Part shown: positions 24,250 through 38,689 of the stretch, one piece after another | Numbering within the stretch: position 1 is the stretch's first letter | How the letters are laid out: the number at the start of each line of letters is the position of its first letter | NCBI GenBank assembly: GCA_051362555.1 | Contig: CM120647.1 | Span: forward strand, 14,236,651 to 14,300,650 | Direction: 5' to 3' | DNA: 64,000 nt | Source of the DNA: Lingula anatina | Lineage: Eukaryota > Animalia > Brachiopoda | Position numbers and translations under genes: made by a program | The notes under the pieces: generated by a model | What the model was told of the DNA's origin: nothing | The model's input: the letters and a program-made list of their open reading frames with translations, nothing else | Databases searched by the model: none

Positions 24250-27200
24250 CTGTAAGAGAAACATGCAATCATCATCTTATGATTAAGGTTCTATCAATTT
24301 TCACCGTTATTAATGTTCCCATGTTATTTTATCTATTATAATGATATAATTTTTTTTTTTTGTGTGTGTGTGTGTGTGTGTGTTTATGTGTCTTGCTAGT
24401 CGGTGCTCAGAGCATCACTGTTTACTGCCCGTGGCTTTCTCACATATGAGACAGAATTATAGTGTGTAGTTCTGTAGCGAGCAGTACTGTTTTATGGATC
24501 TTATTAGTATTTACTATTGAATTATAAACATGAACCTGAACTGCTAACACTGACCTTCCAATTCAACATTAGTTTAGCCAAATTGGATGTTTTTGTAACA
24601 CCAAACAACAAAAATTGACAAACTTGTTTTTTTTTTTTTTTCATGCCTTATCCGAGAAATATTTCATTACATAAAGAAAAAACTTTGGTAAGTCATCACA
24701 GGTAATTTTTATACCTTTTTATCCTGTATAACCAGTGTGGAACCACTCGCCAACATGGCAACGGAAATGGTTTTCAATAGACTGCAGAACATCTTGGTTG
24801 GGTGCAAGTCTTCTTACAGAGGTTATATTCCAAGATCTGAAAGATATCAATTGAACCCCTCGTTATGGTCGCTCACAAAACCATATCACATTCTCCTATT
24901 AATATAATTAATCAGCAGGCCTATATACAGCAGTTCATTGGTGAGTCTGAGGAGGCGTTTCAACACATTTATGTTGCTCAAGGCACCTGATCACACCGTC
25001 AGTTGGACCAATATGGACATCTTGGACCGTGACCCCCCTTGGTTCAACCGAAGGGTGTAGGGGCCGTCTACATTAGGGCCCAGAGATCTTCACTGACTGC
25101 GGAAGGCGCAACCTGTCTCACATCAGGGACAGTGTTATAGCGTGTAGTTCTGTAGCGAGTTGTACTGTTTTATGGATCGTATTAGTATTTATTAATTATT
25201 TATAAGTACATTGCTTTTATCCACAAACGCAAAGAACAAAAACGTGGTGATTTACCTTGGCTGTCCCAAACAATCGTATGTATTCTACCGACTTCGTTGA
25301 TCAGCAAAGGAATAAGAGAAAACTACGCAATAATTATTTTATGTTGGAAAAGCTTTCCCATCCCATGGTGGTAATTAGCATGATAAAGACGCCAGGTGAT
25401 GATCAGACGTTGCGTGTTGTTCGGTTTTTGTAACATATCTACATCCTTTTCAAATCATTTTAACATGTTTGTGTATGTGATAATACATCCATTTCGAAAT
25501 ATTTGATATGCTACATTATTTGAACAGGTATTATGATTTCTGAATATAAGATTTAAGGAAAACTGGTCTGTTTAATAACTGGGCTCCCACAAGTCCATAT
25601 ACTTCTATACAAAAGACAAGTGAGAGTGCTAATACTACTTTTTTAAAATCTCAGTCAAAATTTCTTTGAAATCGTGGTCACCATTGTGGATAAATAGCAC
25701 CAGGTCTACACGTGCGTATATTACTGTCTGTCTGTCTTTCTGCCTGTCTGTCTGTCTACGTATGTCTGTTAAATAATGTAGAATGTATGAAATGTGTTAC
25801 TCAAGTTAGCACTTACAAAAAGGCCATAAACACTCACTCGCGCGCACTGCGCACTTACACTCACACAGACAAACATGCATACAACAATATGTTTGCATGC
25901 ATTCTTCTTGATATAAACATTAAGTTCCATTATATAAGTTGGAGAAGAAAACCAATATATGAATCTGATCGGCATCTATGTTTTAAACCGGTGTATTAGT
26001 AATCCAAGTCCCCCAGCAACCGAGGTCCGTAGTTCCGTAGTCCGTAGGACCTCGGTTCCTGGAAATGGTTGTCAGTAGGACTAACATTACTTGGGAATAG
26101 TAGTCCTACAGGACTTAGGTTCCTGGCTCATAATTAGAGTAGGTAGGACTTGTATTACTGGTGGACTTTTATTCCTGTTACACCTATGACAGTAATGTTA
26201 GTCCGGCCTTTTGAAAGTCCTATCCTAATGCAATAATACGATTAAATAATTATAATTATAGATTATATGAAAATCCTTCTGATGAGCCATATATAAGACA
26301 AAAAATGTGGAGTCCTCAATTTCAGCTCGTCTGTGTAGTGGTTAGCGTATAATACCATAAGGTAAGTATTCATGGAACTCCCTGCTACCCTGTACATGCT
26401 TGGGTTCGAGACTTACCTTTGACATGACCTCACCTCCTACGCCCACCTAGGATAACTTGTTGTAGGTTACTGTTTGTTGGTGTTTTTAATGTATAATATT
26501 CTTGATTATTACACTTACAACTGTTTTTTGTTTTGTATTTAATCTCAAAGCGCAAAAATACCAAAGGAATATTACAGAACATTATATATGATTTGTTTTA
26601 AATCCTCTATCCAAGAGCAAATTTCCATTGAGTCTGGGGTTATTTTTCAATTTCTGCGATTGTAAACCGAAAAATTAATCCCGTGTTTTGTGTTAAGCCT
26701 ACGATTTTTGGGTGTTACGGAGGCCGTGGAGGTCGTTGAGATAGAGGAAAGTCTGCCTTGCGAGTCGCAAGAGCCACATGAGATGTCCTTTCAAGCAGGG
26801 ACGCTAAATAAAGCAAACGTTTAATATATCTTTAAATCTAGTATATCTCTTTATCTATTTATTCATGTCATATCTTGGTGTAAACTATATAGGACATGCG
26901 TTACTAAAATGTTAGGAACGCACGTCCCATTAGGACGTGCATTACTACACGTAGAGCTTGCATTACTTAGGAGCATTCGTCCTACCGACACTGAATCCTA
27001 GTAACGTATGCCCTAGGACTTCCATTCCCAGCAATGCATGCCCCAGCAATACTTGCATTCAGGGCGGACTTTCGTTACTAGGACGTGCGCTCCTGCCACA
27101 CCGGCAGTCTGCCCGCATTGTATGATGCAGCAAAACAGCCGTGCAAAAAAGCTGTGTCTGTATTAGCAGTATTACTACATACATAACCGACTGTTATTAC

Positions 27201-28286
27201 TACCCGCATTGTAAAATAGACTAAAACACATGTCGCGGATAGTTATATATCACTAATATATTTTTTTCATCCTGCAGTTGTCTTCACTCTGAACGAAACA
27301 AATCTAGGGGACCATTCCCAGACCCTATCGTGCTAACCGTGGTTCGATCTATATCCAAGAGGATTCTCGCTAAATTGCAATAAACTCAAGCCGCTTAAAC
27401 TAAAAGCAATTCAGCTCTGTTAGATCGATCTAGGTATGGGAACCCAGTCTAGGTTATAAAAACCCATCCACCCAATAGCTCACGTATCATTTATAACCTT
27501 GACTACTTCATATGCACTCGTTTTTTGCCAACTGAGTCCCATAACACGTCCAAATGTTTGAAATAATGTATGGCACACATATTTAATCTGATATATAGCA
27601 TAATTTTATATGATGCAGCAGCGTAAAATATAACATTTCATTATTATGTTCCCAATTATTATTCTATTCCCAACAGAGAAATATTTGTTTGTTTTCTAAA
27701 ACTATATTTCCATTTGTTAGCTTTCTAAAAGTATATTTCACCTGTTAGCTTTGCAAAAAGTAGTCAAGGTACCTTTATTTCTACTTCAATATATTCTACA
27801 GATTTAAGCCAAGTGCAAATTGTAAGTGTACCCCATGGGTCTTCTATTACACTTAACAATAATAAAGATGGAAAAAGTAGTACATGCTTTGATTTACCTT
27901 AATGTTCCAAATTCCTGTGTTTCTTTCCGATTATGTTGTACGGCTCACAGATGTGTGGAGTGTTGTAGAATATATGTTTGAGATGTTGGCGAAACGCTAC
28001 CATGGATGTCATTAGCATAATAAAATAAACCAATGTTAAAAAGCCTATGCCTTTTGTTTGTTTTTATACTAATATAGTACGGATTCTCATGCAAAACACC
28101 ACAAATGGTTTCTATACGTGACATTGGTGTCAGACGGAGATGCATGGAGGTGATATATAAAATAATAATGAAAAATCAGCCATAGGCTTTCACGGGCCAA
28201 TTGGAATGCGAACATCATACAAAAATTTTATAATTAACTTGCGGTTATACCCGTATATATAAATAGTATATATAAAAAGTGTAACA

Positions 28287-28555
28287 CAGGGGCGGAACCA
28301 GGATTATTAGAAGGGGGATTCGGAACGACAGGCCTCGGATGCGAAGCATTGGTGTGCGGTTTGGGGCCTGCTCAACGGACCCGACAAAAAATGGTTTTTT
28401 GGAGAGCAAACAGTACCATTTGGTACGGTTTAGAACCATGGTTTAGCTAGTCAAAATTCTTATTTCAAAAGGGGAATATTGGTGTAATATATTTTTCAGA
28501 AATCGAAGGGGGGGGGGTCAGGACCCCCTTGACCCGCCCTCTTAATCCGCCACTG
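28287..28555. mobile_element. MITE of the CAGGGGCGGA family
   Basis: CAGGGGCGGAACCAGG...TAATCCGCCACTG; a related partial copy lies at ~43477-43680. Confidence 0.65.
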
Positions 28556-29301
28556 TGTTTAACATGCACAATATCGAAGACATCAGGCTTTCTAAAGAGA
28601 TAACCCCCTTTCATATTAGGCCGAAAAGTCAAATGGCAGGCATAGATCTCAGAACAATTGCAATAACCCCCCGTTTGTACGTAGCATGGAATTTATTATA
28701 TTTCTTTGAATTATTAACGGCATATTTATAGTTGATTTTTGAATCTGATATGAAGATGTGTTATCGCTTTAGTTCAATAAATGTTCTTATTTACCATATG
28801 GTACTAAAACTTTCTTTATGTCTTCTTCCAACAAGGTAGATCAGTACAGAAAAAAATGTCATTCTTGCCAATTTAACTTGGCAGACAAATGTAGCCATAT
28901 CATGAGAGTGATTATAATTATGAGTGTCGATCATCCAATGTACAATCAAGTTTGGCTCTTGCAAAATTTTTTTTTTTGCTTCCACCAGTAAAACAACGCA
29001 CATAACCATATGTTTACCCGCATTGTACACGCACAGAAAAAGCCATGTACTCTGCAATAACGGATTTTAATATACCGGTTATTAGGTCCCCGACATGAAC
29101 GGTAAAGTTCATGATGTACACGAAGTCGTGTTTGACAACCCGACTAGAAGCTCGGAGTTTGTTTTACATTAAGATTGATTTTGGCTTTACCCATGTTATT
29201 AAAGAGTACAATGGGATCAGAGGCGGTTCACAACAGACGGGTTTTACTTTTAGCGAGACCATAAGAGGAGAGAATAAAAAAAAATACATTCAGATGTTTA
29301 A

Positions 29302-32300
29302 GTGTGTGTCCACGAGAAAACCAAACCAAATGTAGAAAATGCGGCAAGGTGGGGGTGAACGGATTTACATCATATTTGGTGGGTTTGAACCTTTATATGA
29401 ACAATACCTGAGGCTACAATATTTCCTGAAAAAAATCCCTACTTACAGAGATATAGCCAGTGACAATTTGGGGGTATTATCAACCAAAAATTCTTCTGAA
29501 AAACAGGGTTATATTGATTGGCCTTAAAGTTTATACAGGTGTCACTAAATGATTTAGTTTGGATATATATTTTAACATAAAGATAGGGGATTAAAATGAT
29601 ATACACTTTTTTCACTCTCTTCGTTTCCATGGTAACAAACCAAGCGTTTTTCTCAGGCCTACAAACCACATGCTTTTAACACCCCCCTTCTATTTTTGAC
29701 AATATCTTCATCTTCACAGGTCTTTGGGGTAAAGCGTGTTCAGGACTAACAGATAACTCATTATTCTATTTGTACATGAAATCAAAACTTACTGCTGTTC
29801 TACAACTTGTCCGTTGTAACAGATAGAACATGACCTAATTTCTTCATTTTTCGTAAATATATCCGGACACATATATATCGGTGCTCTCAACTTCAGCTAT
29901 CTCTTTCAAGTCAACAAATGGTTTAAAACACTGTAAGTTGAACTTTTTATTTTCATTTTACTTATTTTAATTTTTTTCTGGTTGAAACAAGCATCTAACA
30001 CATTTTAAAATCATGTGAAACTAATGTACTAACGTCAGAACAACACAACGTCATTATCCAACATGGCGGAAATTGCAGACTGTTTGTTTGCAAATCTTCC
30101 TCAACGAAGTCGTATATCATGTGGTTTATACTCTGTGTACAGATATAAAAAACATGTAGTGTATTGAGAAATTGCAACAGAGATATTAACAGTCATCTTC
30201 GTCGCGTTTACATGAAGCAAAACAGCGTGAGTTACGAAAGCAAACTGATTCTTGTCAGGTGTGGATTCTTTTGTCTCCGATGATCGTAATTGGACATTTC
30301 CAAGTATCTTTGGGAGAATGAATGGGTTACACCATGTGACCAGCACTGGGATATGGGCTTGGTTTGTGCTGGAAACCATCCACACAGGGAAAAACGAGCC
30401 TATAACGAAATATGTCATGGGATTAACCTGCAGATGCCAGTGTAGACAAAAAGCCATTTGAATGTACTGGTACCACTTGGTTCAGGTAAGAAACGGGTTT
30501 GTTTGTATTTTAATACAGGCTAAAAGCCAGAAAAAAAGTTCACTCAGAAAAATTATCTAGGTGTAATTTTTTAATGGTAAGCGGTCCATTTTTTTTTCTT
30601 TTTTTTCTTTTTCTTTTTTTTTTTTTTGAAAGAAAATGCCCCCTTTCAAATAATGAAATTGCAGCCTAAGGACCTGTGATAATTTTATCTTTTAAGCTAT
30701 ATTTGTGTGGGTATTTATGTAGGTTTAATGGTATTTGGGTAAAATAAATTTAAGGGTAACAATTGGAATTAGATTGAAGCTATGGCTGGTCTTGGCAAAA
30801 TTGCTAGGCTCATCATAATTAATATTCGAAACCATGCCTTACTTATAAAACATGGACAAATGGGATAATAATTTATTTTTCATCAATGTATCAATTAACT
30901 TTCAGATAAGTGTTTTCATGTGTCTATAGTAAGCTATATGTATATTTCAGGCATATTTGAGAAGTGTTATTTGACACACAGTGATCTTATGGTCAGCAAA
31001 AGAGTCCAAAGCCTTGCAGAAACTGAAACTAGTGTGGAAATGACTGCTGTTGTAGAAAGACATGTATGTAAATGAAAGCCACAATATAACAAATGCTGAG
31101 GAGATGCATGAGGCCCTAGTTTCTGCAGTTGGAGCCATTTTCTACATCCAGCTAGACAGACATCTTCCAAACCTGCGTGGACTGGAGTGTCCAGTTACAA
31201 CAATTTAGCTTTCTTGATTCCTACAACATGAGAAAAGGTGTCTCCCTTCCTTGAGCAGTTTTAACATGAGTGATGCTGATGTTAAAGTTAATTTGGGTTT
31301 TTCAAAGGCAAATGTGTCAACTGGGACTATACCAAGCAAGATCACAAACAAGGAAATTTTTCTTGTCCAGAGAAGTCTTCTCTGAAATCTTTTGCTACCA
31401 AGACTGAAGAGTAATTGTATGGTCCTTTTTTTAAGTTATGAAATGTGCCAAAAAACAGCTTTTGATCAAATTAAAGTCTAGTGGGTCAACAATCTGACTA
31501 AAGAAAAACTTAAAGCACATCAGCTGTGAGAGAACTCCACCCTCTTGAATATCTCACTGAGTTACACAATGGATGAGCTTTAAAGTCATCTAAACCTTTG
31601 AAACTATATTCAAATAAAGTAAAGGAGTTTTTACTGAAGGAGTGTAGAAGGGCACAAGAAACAGGCCAGCAGAACGTAGCATTTGTGAGCATGAAGATGA
31701 GATTGAAATGTCAGTAAGGAGGGTAACAGACTATTCAGGAAGAAAAAATCGGCATTTATTTTTGAATGTATTAAAAACTTTGATGTTATGAGCTGTAATG
31801 TTTGATATAAAACTGCAAAGATGTTTCATAACACCAGGATATATTTTGTGGTTGTGTTAGTTTTGCTTTTTGAATAGAAAATTATCTTGTTTTGCTACAT
31901 TATGATATAGTTTGTGATGATCACAACTAATGTTGCATTGCTTTGCATGTATTGCAGTATTATAATTTTGTGATTTTTTTATTATTATTATTTGTAATTA
32001 TTCATCTGAGACAACAATAAACTAAATTGAATAATTTTTTAGTTTCTTTATGCTCATAAATAGTCACCAAAAAGTGGTGTGGATGAATAAAAAACCCTCT
32101 TGATAATTTTAATTTAAAAAAAAGATTTGTTCTGGCTTTGCTCTCATAAATACTATGGCATATCTCTATATAATAAATATTGCACCAAAAGGAAATCGCT
32201 ACTAAACTAAGATTTTAATTTGTATTCACCAAATTGATATTAAAAATATATATATTAAAATTATCATGTAAACTCTCAAGTTAATTGCCAGTGCCTATCC

Positions 32301-33105
32301 AAAGTAACAGAATCTAAGATTTATTTCCTCTAAACTTTTTGTCCATACAAATTAAAAAGTCCATATATGGCAATTTACAAATATGAAGCCCAGTGACCTT
32401 GACCTATGACCCACTGACCTGATATTCATTAGTACACATCTACTTTCCATGCTCACCAGTCCTATTAATTAAGTAACATCATTGTAGAGCAAAATGGTTT
32501 AATAAATTAATCAAACCCATTGTCTACATAGACTTGAATGAATCCACCACGATTTTTGCCTTAAAAATGGCCAACTTTGGGGGTATTTTTCAGTACCTGT
32601 TTTAATACAGCAGTAACTTTTGAAACTTGATTTGGAGTGATCCATATCTGCCTAAAATATTCATGCAGTTTTATAGCTGTAAACCCTGTGAAGATGGAGA
32701 TATATGCAATTAAAGATGGTAGTATCAAAATTGGACTTTGGGGGGAGGGGTGTTATAAATGGGTGTGGCCCGCCCAAGCAGGGTCTTATCTGAATTCTAC
32801 ATATATCTGTGGCAAGCCAAATGATTGTTTTCAATGTTTGTAAGGTCTAATATTTTTTAGTTTTCTCCATTTTTGTTTAATTTACACAAAATATATCATT
32901 ATTTTTCCAAGGTAAAAATGGAGTCTCAAAGAGGCTACATAAGCCATGACTTATAATAGGCTATAATTCTCTGAAGAAAGGATATTTTTGGGATTCCTTC
33001 CTCACTCATGAATAACTTCCTAATATGCCTCCATACAACAAATTTGGTTGAAATCCGCTGACCCCCACCTTGCCACCCTGGGCTGGTTCTCTCGTGGACA
33101 AGCTC
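29302..33105 (+). mobile_element. Decayed Sola3-type DNA transposon
   Basis: TTAA|GTGTGTGTCCACGAGAAAACCA...TGGTTCTCTCGTGGACAAGCTC|TTAA with subterminal inverted GGCAAGGTGGGGGT. Broken transposase motifs at ~31060-31705 (YVNESHNITNAEEMHEALVS, WTGVSSYNN, FSCPE, G*ALK, YSNKVKEFL..ETG..VSMKMR). TTAA target plus GAG terminus fits Sola3. Confidence 0.75.
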
Positions 33106-33109
33106 TTAA

Positions 33110-36100
33110 TTACTGGTGCGACTACAGCTATGGACATTTTAAGTAAAACATATTTGGCAAATAATTCCGCCAAGGAGATACCGTTTTTCTACCGAACACG
33201 GTTAACAGGTGGTATGTCGTGCTTTAATACCGGAAAAGCTACATAATCAAAACTAGTTGGATCGTATTCATTGATACGCCTGTTCTGTACTTTCCTAGTA
33301 AGATGACTTCGGATGCTTTTCTTTTCATTTGGTTTTGCATTGAGATAACATTTGGATTCACATTTGACGTTATAGAGCACGATGACGTCCAAAGCTGTTC
33401 ACACCTCGGCAGTTTTAGTATTGAGTAGTCTTTACTCTTTCAAATGTCGACTGCTGACTTGCCTCGGGTACTGTATGAACATATGAACAGTCTTGAGAAG
33501 CAAGGGCCCAAGACAGGAAAAGACGGGAATAAAAAGACAAAACGTGTGCCTGATAAAAGGACTTTTGTAAAAAATCAAAAGTTTGCTCTCTGATAATCCC
33601 TCCAAGAAAATAGCACATTTTGATGAAATGCAAACCATGCGGAGTTAGTTATAGCTCAATTTAAGTTCGAGATCTGCGGCACCAATATAAGGACTTTAAA
33701 CTGAAGAGAAAGGAAATATAATTGTCGAACGCAGATGTAAACTTTCTAAAGTATACCGTAGTTTTATGCAAAAGGTAATTTGCTAAGTCCCACGAGAGCC
33801 CTCATTCGTTCTCGTCTCGTGACATCAAGATTCGGGGGCCAGGTCGTTGTCGTGATGGACAGACGTGCCTCATCCGGGACTCGAACCCGTGACTTTGCGT
33901 TACCAAGGTTGATGACGCTTTGAATGTCTCATTTGCATCCATGCACGCTACCTACTGCTCCGTGACTGACCCGCCCAACCTCCGTACGTGCGAGTTTCCT
34001 CTTATAGTAACCGATCGAACCAGCGTCCGAGAGTCTGCCTGTACGCAAGTCAGCAGAGTTACCACGCAACCACGACAGCTCGGTTGGTACGAAATGATCA
34101 GATGGAAACTTTCAACCTCGTCACGGAGAGCGCCAGATGGGGTGTACATGTGTAGACCTGCTGTCGCAAACGATAATCTGGGTGCCGCATTTCAGCCCAT
34201 GCATCCCCATTCCCCGACATGAACGGTAAAGTTCATGATGTACACGAAGTCGTGTTTGACAACCCGACTAGAAGCTCGGATTTTGTTTTATATTAAAATT
34301 GCTTTTGGCTTTACCCATGTTATTAAAGAGTACAATGGGATCAGAGGCGGTTCACAACAGGCGGGTTTTACTGTTAGCGAGACCGTAAGAGGAGAGAATA
34401 AAAAAAAATACATTCGCTTTAATACCGGAAAAGCTACAGAATCAAAACTAGTTGGATCGTACTCATTGATACGCCTGCTCTGTACGTTCCTAGTAAGATA
34501 TGACTTCGTCTGCTTTTATTTTCATTTGGTTTTGCATTGAGATAACGTTTGGATTCACCTTTGACGTTGTAGAGCACGATGACGTCCACAAATGTTCACA
34601 CCTCGGCAGTTTTAGTATTGAGTAGTCTTTACTCTTTCAAATGTCGACTGCTGACTTGCCTCGGGAACTGTATGAACATATGAACAGTCTTGAGAAGCAA
34701 GGGCCCAAGACAGGAAAGGACGAGAATAAAAAGACAAAACGTGTGCCTGATAAAAGGACTTTTGTAAAAAAATCAAAAGTTTGCTCTGTGATAATCCCTC
34801 CAAGAAGATAGCACAATTTGATGAAATGCAAGCCATGCGGAGTTAGTTATAGCTCAATTTAAGTTCAAGCTCTGTGGCACCAATATAAGGACTTTAAACT
34901 GAAGAGAAAGGAAATATAATTGTCGAACGCAGATGTAAACTTTCTAAAGTATACCGTAGTTTTATGCAAAAGGTAATTTGCTAAGTCCCACGAGAGCCCT
35001 CATTCGTTCTCGTCTCGTGACATCAAGATTCGGGGGCCAGGTCGTTGTCGTGATGGACAGACGTGCCTCATACGGGACTCGAACCCGTGACTTTGCGTTA
35101 CCAAGGTTGATGACGCTTTGGATGTCTCATTTGCATCCATGCACGCTACCTACTGCTCCGTGACTGGCCCGCCCACCCTCCGTACGTGCGAGTTTCCTTA
35201 CTGGTGCGATTGCAGCCATGGACATTTTGAATAAAACATATTTGGCAAATAATTCCGCCGAGGAGATACCGTTTTTTCTACCAAACACGGTTAACAGGTG
35301 GTATGGAGTGCTTTAATACCGGAAAAGCTACAGAATCAAAACTAGTTGGATCGTATTCATTGATACGCCTGCTCTGTACGTTCCTAGTAAGATGACTTCG
35401 GATGCTTTTATTTTCATTTGGTTTTGCATTGAGATAACGTTTGGATTCACCTTTGACGTTGTAGAGCACGTTTTATGTCCACAGCTGTTCACACCTCGTT
35501 AGTTTTAGTATTGACTAGTCTTTACTTTTTCAAATGTCGACTGCTGACTTGCCTCGGGTACTGTATGAACATATGAACAGTCTTGAGAAGCAAGGGCCCA
35601 AGACAGGAAAGGACGAGAATAAAAAGACAAAACGTGTGCCTGATAAAAGGACTTTTGTAAAAAAATCAAAAGTTTGCTCTGTGATAATCCCTCCAAGAAG
35701 ATAGCACAATTTGATGAAATGCAAGCAATGCGGAGTTAGTTATAGCTCAATTTAAGTTCAAGCTCTGCGGCACCAATATAAGGACTTTAAACTGAAGAGA
35801 AAGGAAATATAATTGTCGAACGAAGATGTAAACTTTCTAAAGTATACCGTAGTTTTATGCAAAAGGTAATTTGCTAAGTCCCACGAGAGCCCTCTTTCGT
35901 TCTCGTCTCGTGACAAACCGATTCGGGGGCCAGATTGTTGTCGTGATGGACTGACGTGCCTCATCCGGGACTCGAACCCGTGACTTTGCGTTACCAAGGT
36001 TGATGACGCTTTGAGTGTCTCATTTGCATCCATGCACGCTACCGACTGCTCCGTGACTGACCCGCCCACCCTCCGTACGTGCTAGTTTCCTCTTATAGTA

Positions 36101-36240
36101 ACCGATCGCAATTTTTAAAAATTAATTCTGCAAAAATAAACGACACAGTAGCTACTGTATCTCGAACCAGCGTCCGAGAGTCTGCCTGTACGCAAGTTAG
36201 CAGAGTTACCACGCAGCCAGCGTTGGATCGAAATGATCAG
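33110..36240. repeat. Tandem array of three ~1.0-1.3 kb units (unit 1 begins at ~29087 and is split by the Sola3)
   Basis: Near-identical blocks at ~33221-34000, 34416-35197 and 35310-36090; 29087-29290 matches 34212-34414. Confidence 0.9.
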
Positions 36241-36784
36241 ATACATTATTTGTCCATCAAATAGTATTTCTATTTTGATGACAGCTGTTTTGGCGTGATA
36301 GTGCTACATATACCTGGTCCCGAATCAAAATCAATGACAAATAAGTATTGTGCATGAGTAATATATGTTGATGCGATTTACAAGCATCAATAGACCATAC
36401 ATAACAGAAAAAATATAAAAAGGTTATAAAACTTCAAAAAGATGTGATATCCTGTGCATATTATATTTTAAGTGTTTAACAATAAAACTACATATTATGT
36501 TTAATATTATGAAAATAAACACAACTTCAGAGCAATTGAATCTATCATGTATTTTATATTAGCAGTAAAATAAAATTTAGTTTTATTTTGAAAGTCGAGA
36601 CCTCGAGGTAATGCACAAAGCTCACTTGGTGGAGAACTGTGTGCAACAAGGATTGCACTACTTTTCCGTAAATATTCGCCCCCTCCATATTGTTACTTCC
36701 CTTTCCCATGAAAAACCATTTATAATTATTTCACTTTTGCTTGCAGTGCCATTGCCATCACCATGTATTTCACATTGAATATCT

Positions 36785-37490
36785 CTAAAATCTAAGAATT
36801 CTACAGTTAATCCGTCCGAACCTGGACTTTTATCATTTCTCATTTTAGTGAAGAATATCCTGGCTTCAACATTACTTATTAGGTCTTCTACTGTAAGCTT
36901 TCCCTCTCATCTGTAGTCAGTTTTGGTACATTAAGGTCTTTCAATTTTATTTGCCAATCAATATCAGCGTACTTTTTATTTTCTGAGTACAATTATTCGT
37001 AAAACTTTTGTTTCCTTTAATATTTCATTCTGTTCAGTAATTTATTTATTTTCACCAACCTGTAGTCGCGGAATAATTTTATCTGTAAATCTTCTTTTTT
37101 CAAGGCTGAAAAAATATTTTGTGGTTTTTTCTCCCTCAGTCAACCATTTTTCGCGCGATCTAATAATACTACCTTTTAACCTAGCTTGCACTTCTCATCT
37201 CAACTAACTTATGTTTTTTTCTTTCTAATTCCAGTTGAAGACGGGCATCACGATTTTCAAAATCTCCTGTTTATTGCTATATTTCTTCCACAACCCCTTT
37301 CTTTTTCTTCTTAAAACATGCATACGAAATAGTCGTTCCTCTTAAACGTCAAAGCAAAAGTTTCAGCAACATCTGGTCATTCAACGTAAAATGTAATTCC
37401 TGGTCAGGAATGTTGTCAATATTTTCAAGATTATACAATGCAATGTGTATTTTAAAAAATCTCGTATGGATTTGTTAATTTTTGCAACAT
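36785..37490 (-). mobile_element. Decayed L1/Tx1-clade LINE ORF2 fragment
   Basis: KGSIIRSREKWLTEGEKTTKYFFSLEK and MRNDKSPGSDGLTVEF are motifs of the L1/Tx1 EN-RT linker; multiple frameshifts. Confidence 0.8.
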
Positions 37491-38618
37491 AGGTTAGAAA
37501 ACCTGTAGGCCCGCCCCTATAAGCTTCCACAATTAGGCCTGTATTTAAAATGAGAGTTTCAAATACTTTAAGACTGTGTAAAATGAACTTTAGACTGCGT
37601 AAAATGAACTTTACTCGAATATTGAATTATATTTTGGCAAAAGGCATTTGAAAAGAAACGAAAGCGATTTAATGTTTCAAGGCAAATGCAAAACATGACT
37701 GTGATCAATGTGATTAAATAGTCCTTAACAAAACATACGTTCTTCTGGTCTTCCTGCATGAGAGAGAGAGAGAGAGAGTTAAATTAAATAAATAAGTAAA
37801 CCCGACACATATATTATGTTTAATTATTTTTAGTTACATCTAAATTATCCACATAGTTGAGCTCACTGAATGCCACACACACATACACATATATATCTGG
37901 AATATAAAATATAGTTTTGTGTATATTTAACGCCATTCATGAAAATAAGTCACTGATGCATCTGCTTTAACTGCACAATGCTGCTTTTATTCCACACCAG
38001 GGAACGCATCCACGTGTCCAGCCTCGTGGTCTTCAAAAGAGCGACAAAAAGGGCGAAATCCACTCAACCATAGTCTGTTTTCGGTCTACTCCGGTGTACA
38101 TGTACATAACACGTATAACCACCACGTGATCGGTTGCCACGTCAGCGTGACCTTTTCAACGGTCCAGCTTAATATAAACCAAGGACAAGAATATTCATGT
38201 TGGTCGGTGACCATTTCACGGTTCCTAGACATCATTTCACACTGCGCATGTTCGAGAATGGCCTAGTGGGAATAATTGTGCCAGTGCCCTTTCTTCACAT
38301 ATTGTTAAAATACAATATGGGCTCCAACTAGCCTATCTATAAAACACCTGTCACTTCTGCAGCTGGGGGCGTTCCATGTATTACACATTTATACGAGATA
38401 AACTTGAATATCTATATTACAGGAATGTTTGTTTGAGGCACACCACAATTTTAGACTCGATACAGCATGAACGAAAATTAAAAGAAAAGATTATTTTAAA
38501 CTTCCAAGGCCTAAGAACAGATTTACTTTATCCCTAAAATACCAGTATTCCTCCTCTAAATTGTTGGAAAAAATACGCACACATATACCTTTGAGTTCTA
38601 AGTTCCTAATATCAGTGA

Positions 38619-38621
<3 letters not shown>

Positions 38622-38687
<66 letters not shown>
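38622..38687. repeat. (TA)n microsatellite
   Basis: Read directly. Confidence 0.95.

Positions 38688-38689
<2 letters not shown>

Noticed and set aside
33866-33930. Functional tRNA gene
   Set aside because: Only the T-arm/B-box half is convincing; no complete cloverleaf.
33189-36264. Repeated short ORFs in the tandem array as genes, or the array as CRISPR-like
   Set aside because: The ORFs recur only because the DNA is duplicated, and frames differ between units. Units are ~1 kb with no repeat-spacer structure, in a eukaryotic context.
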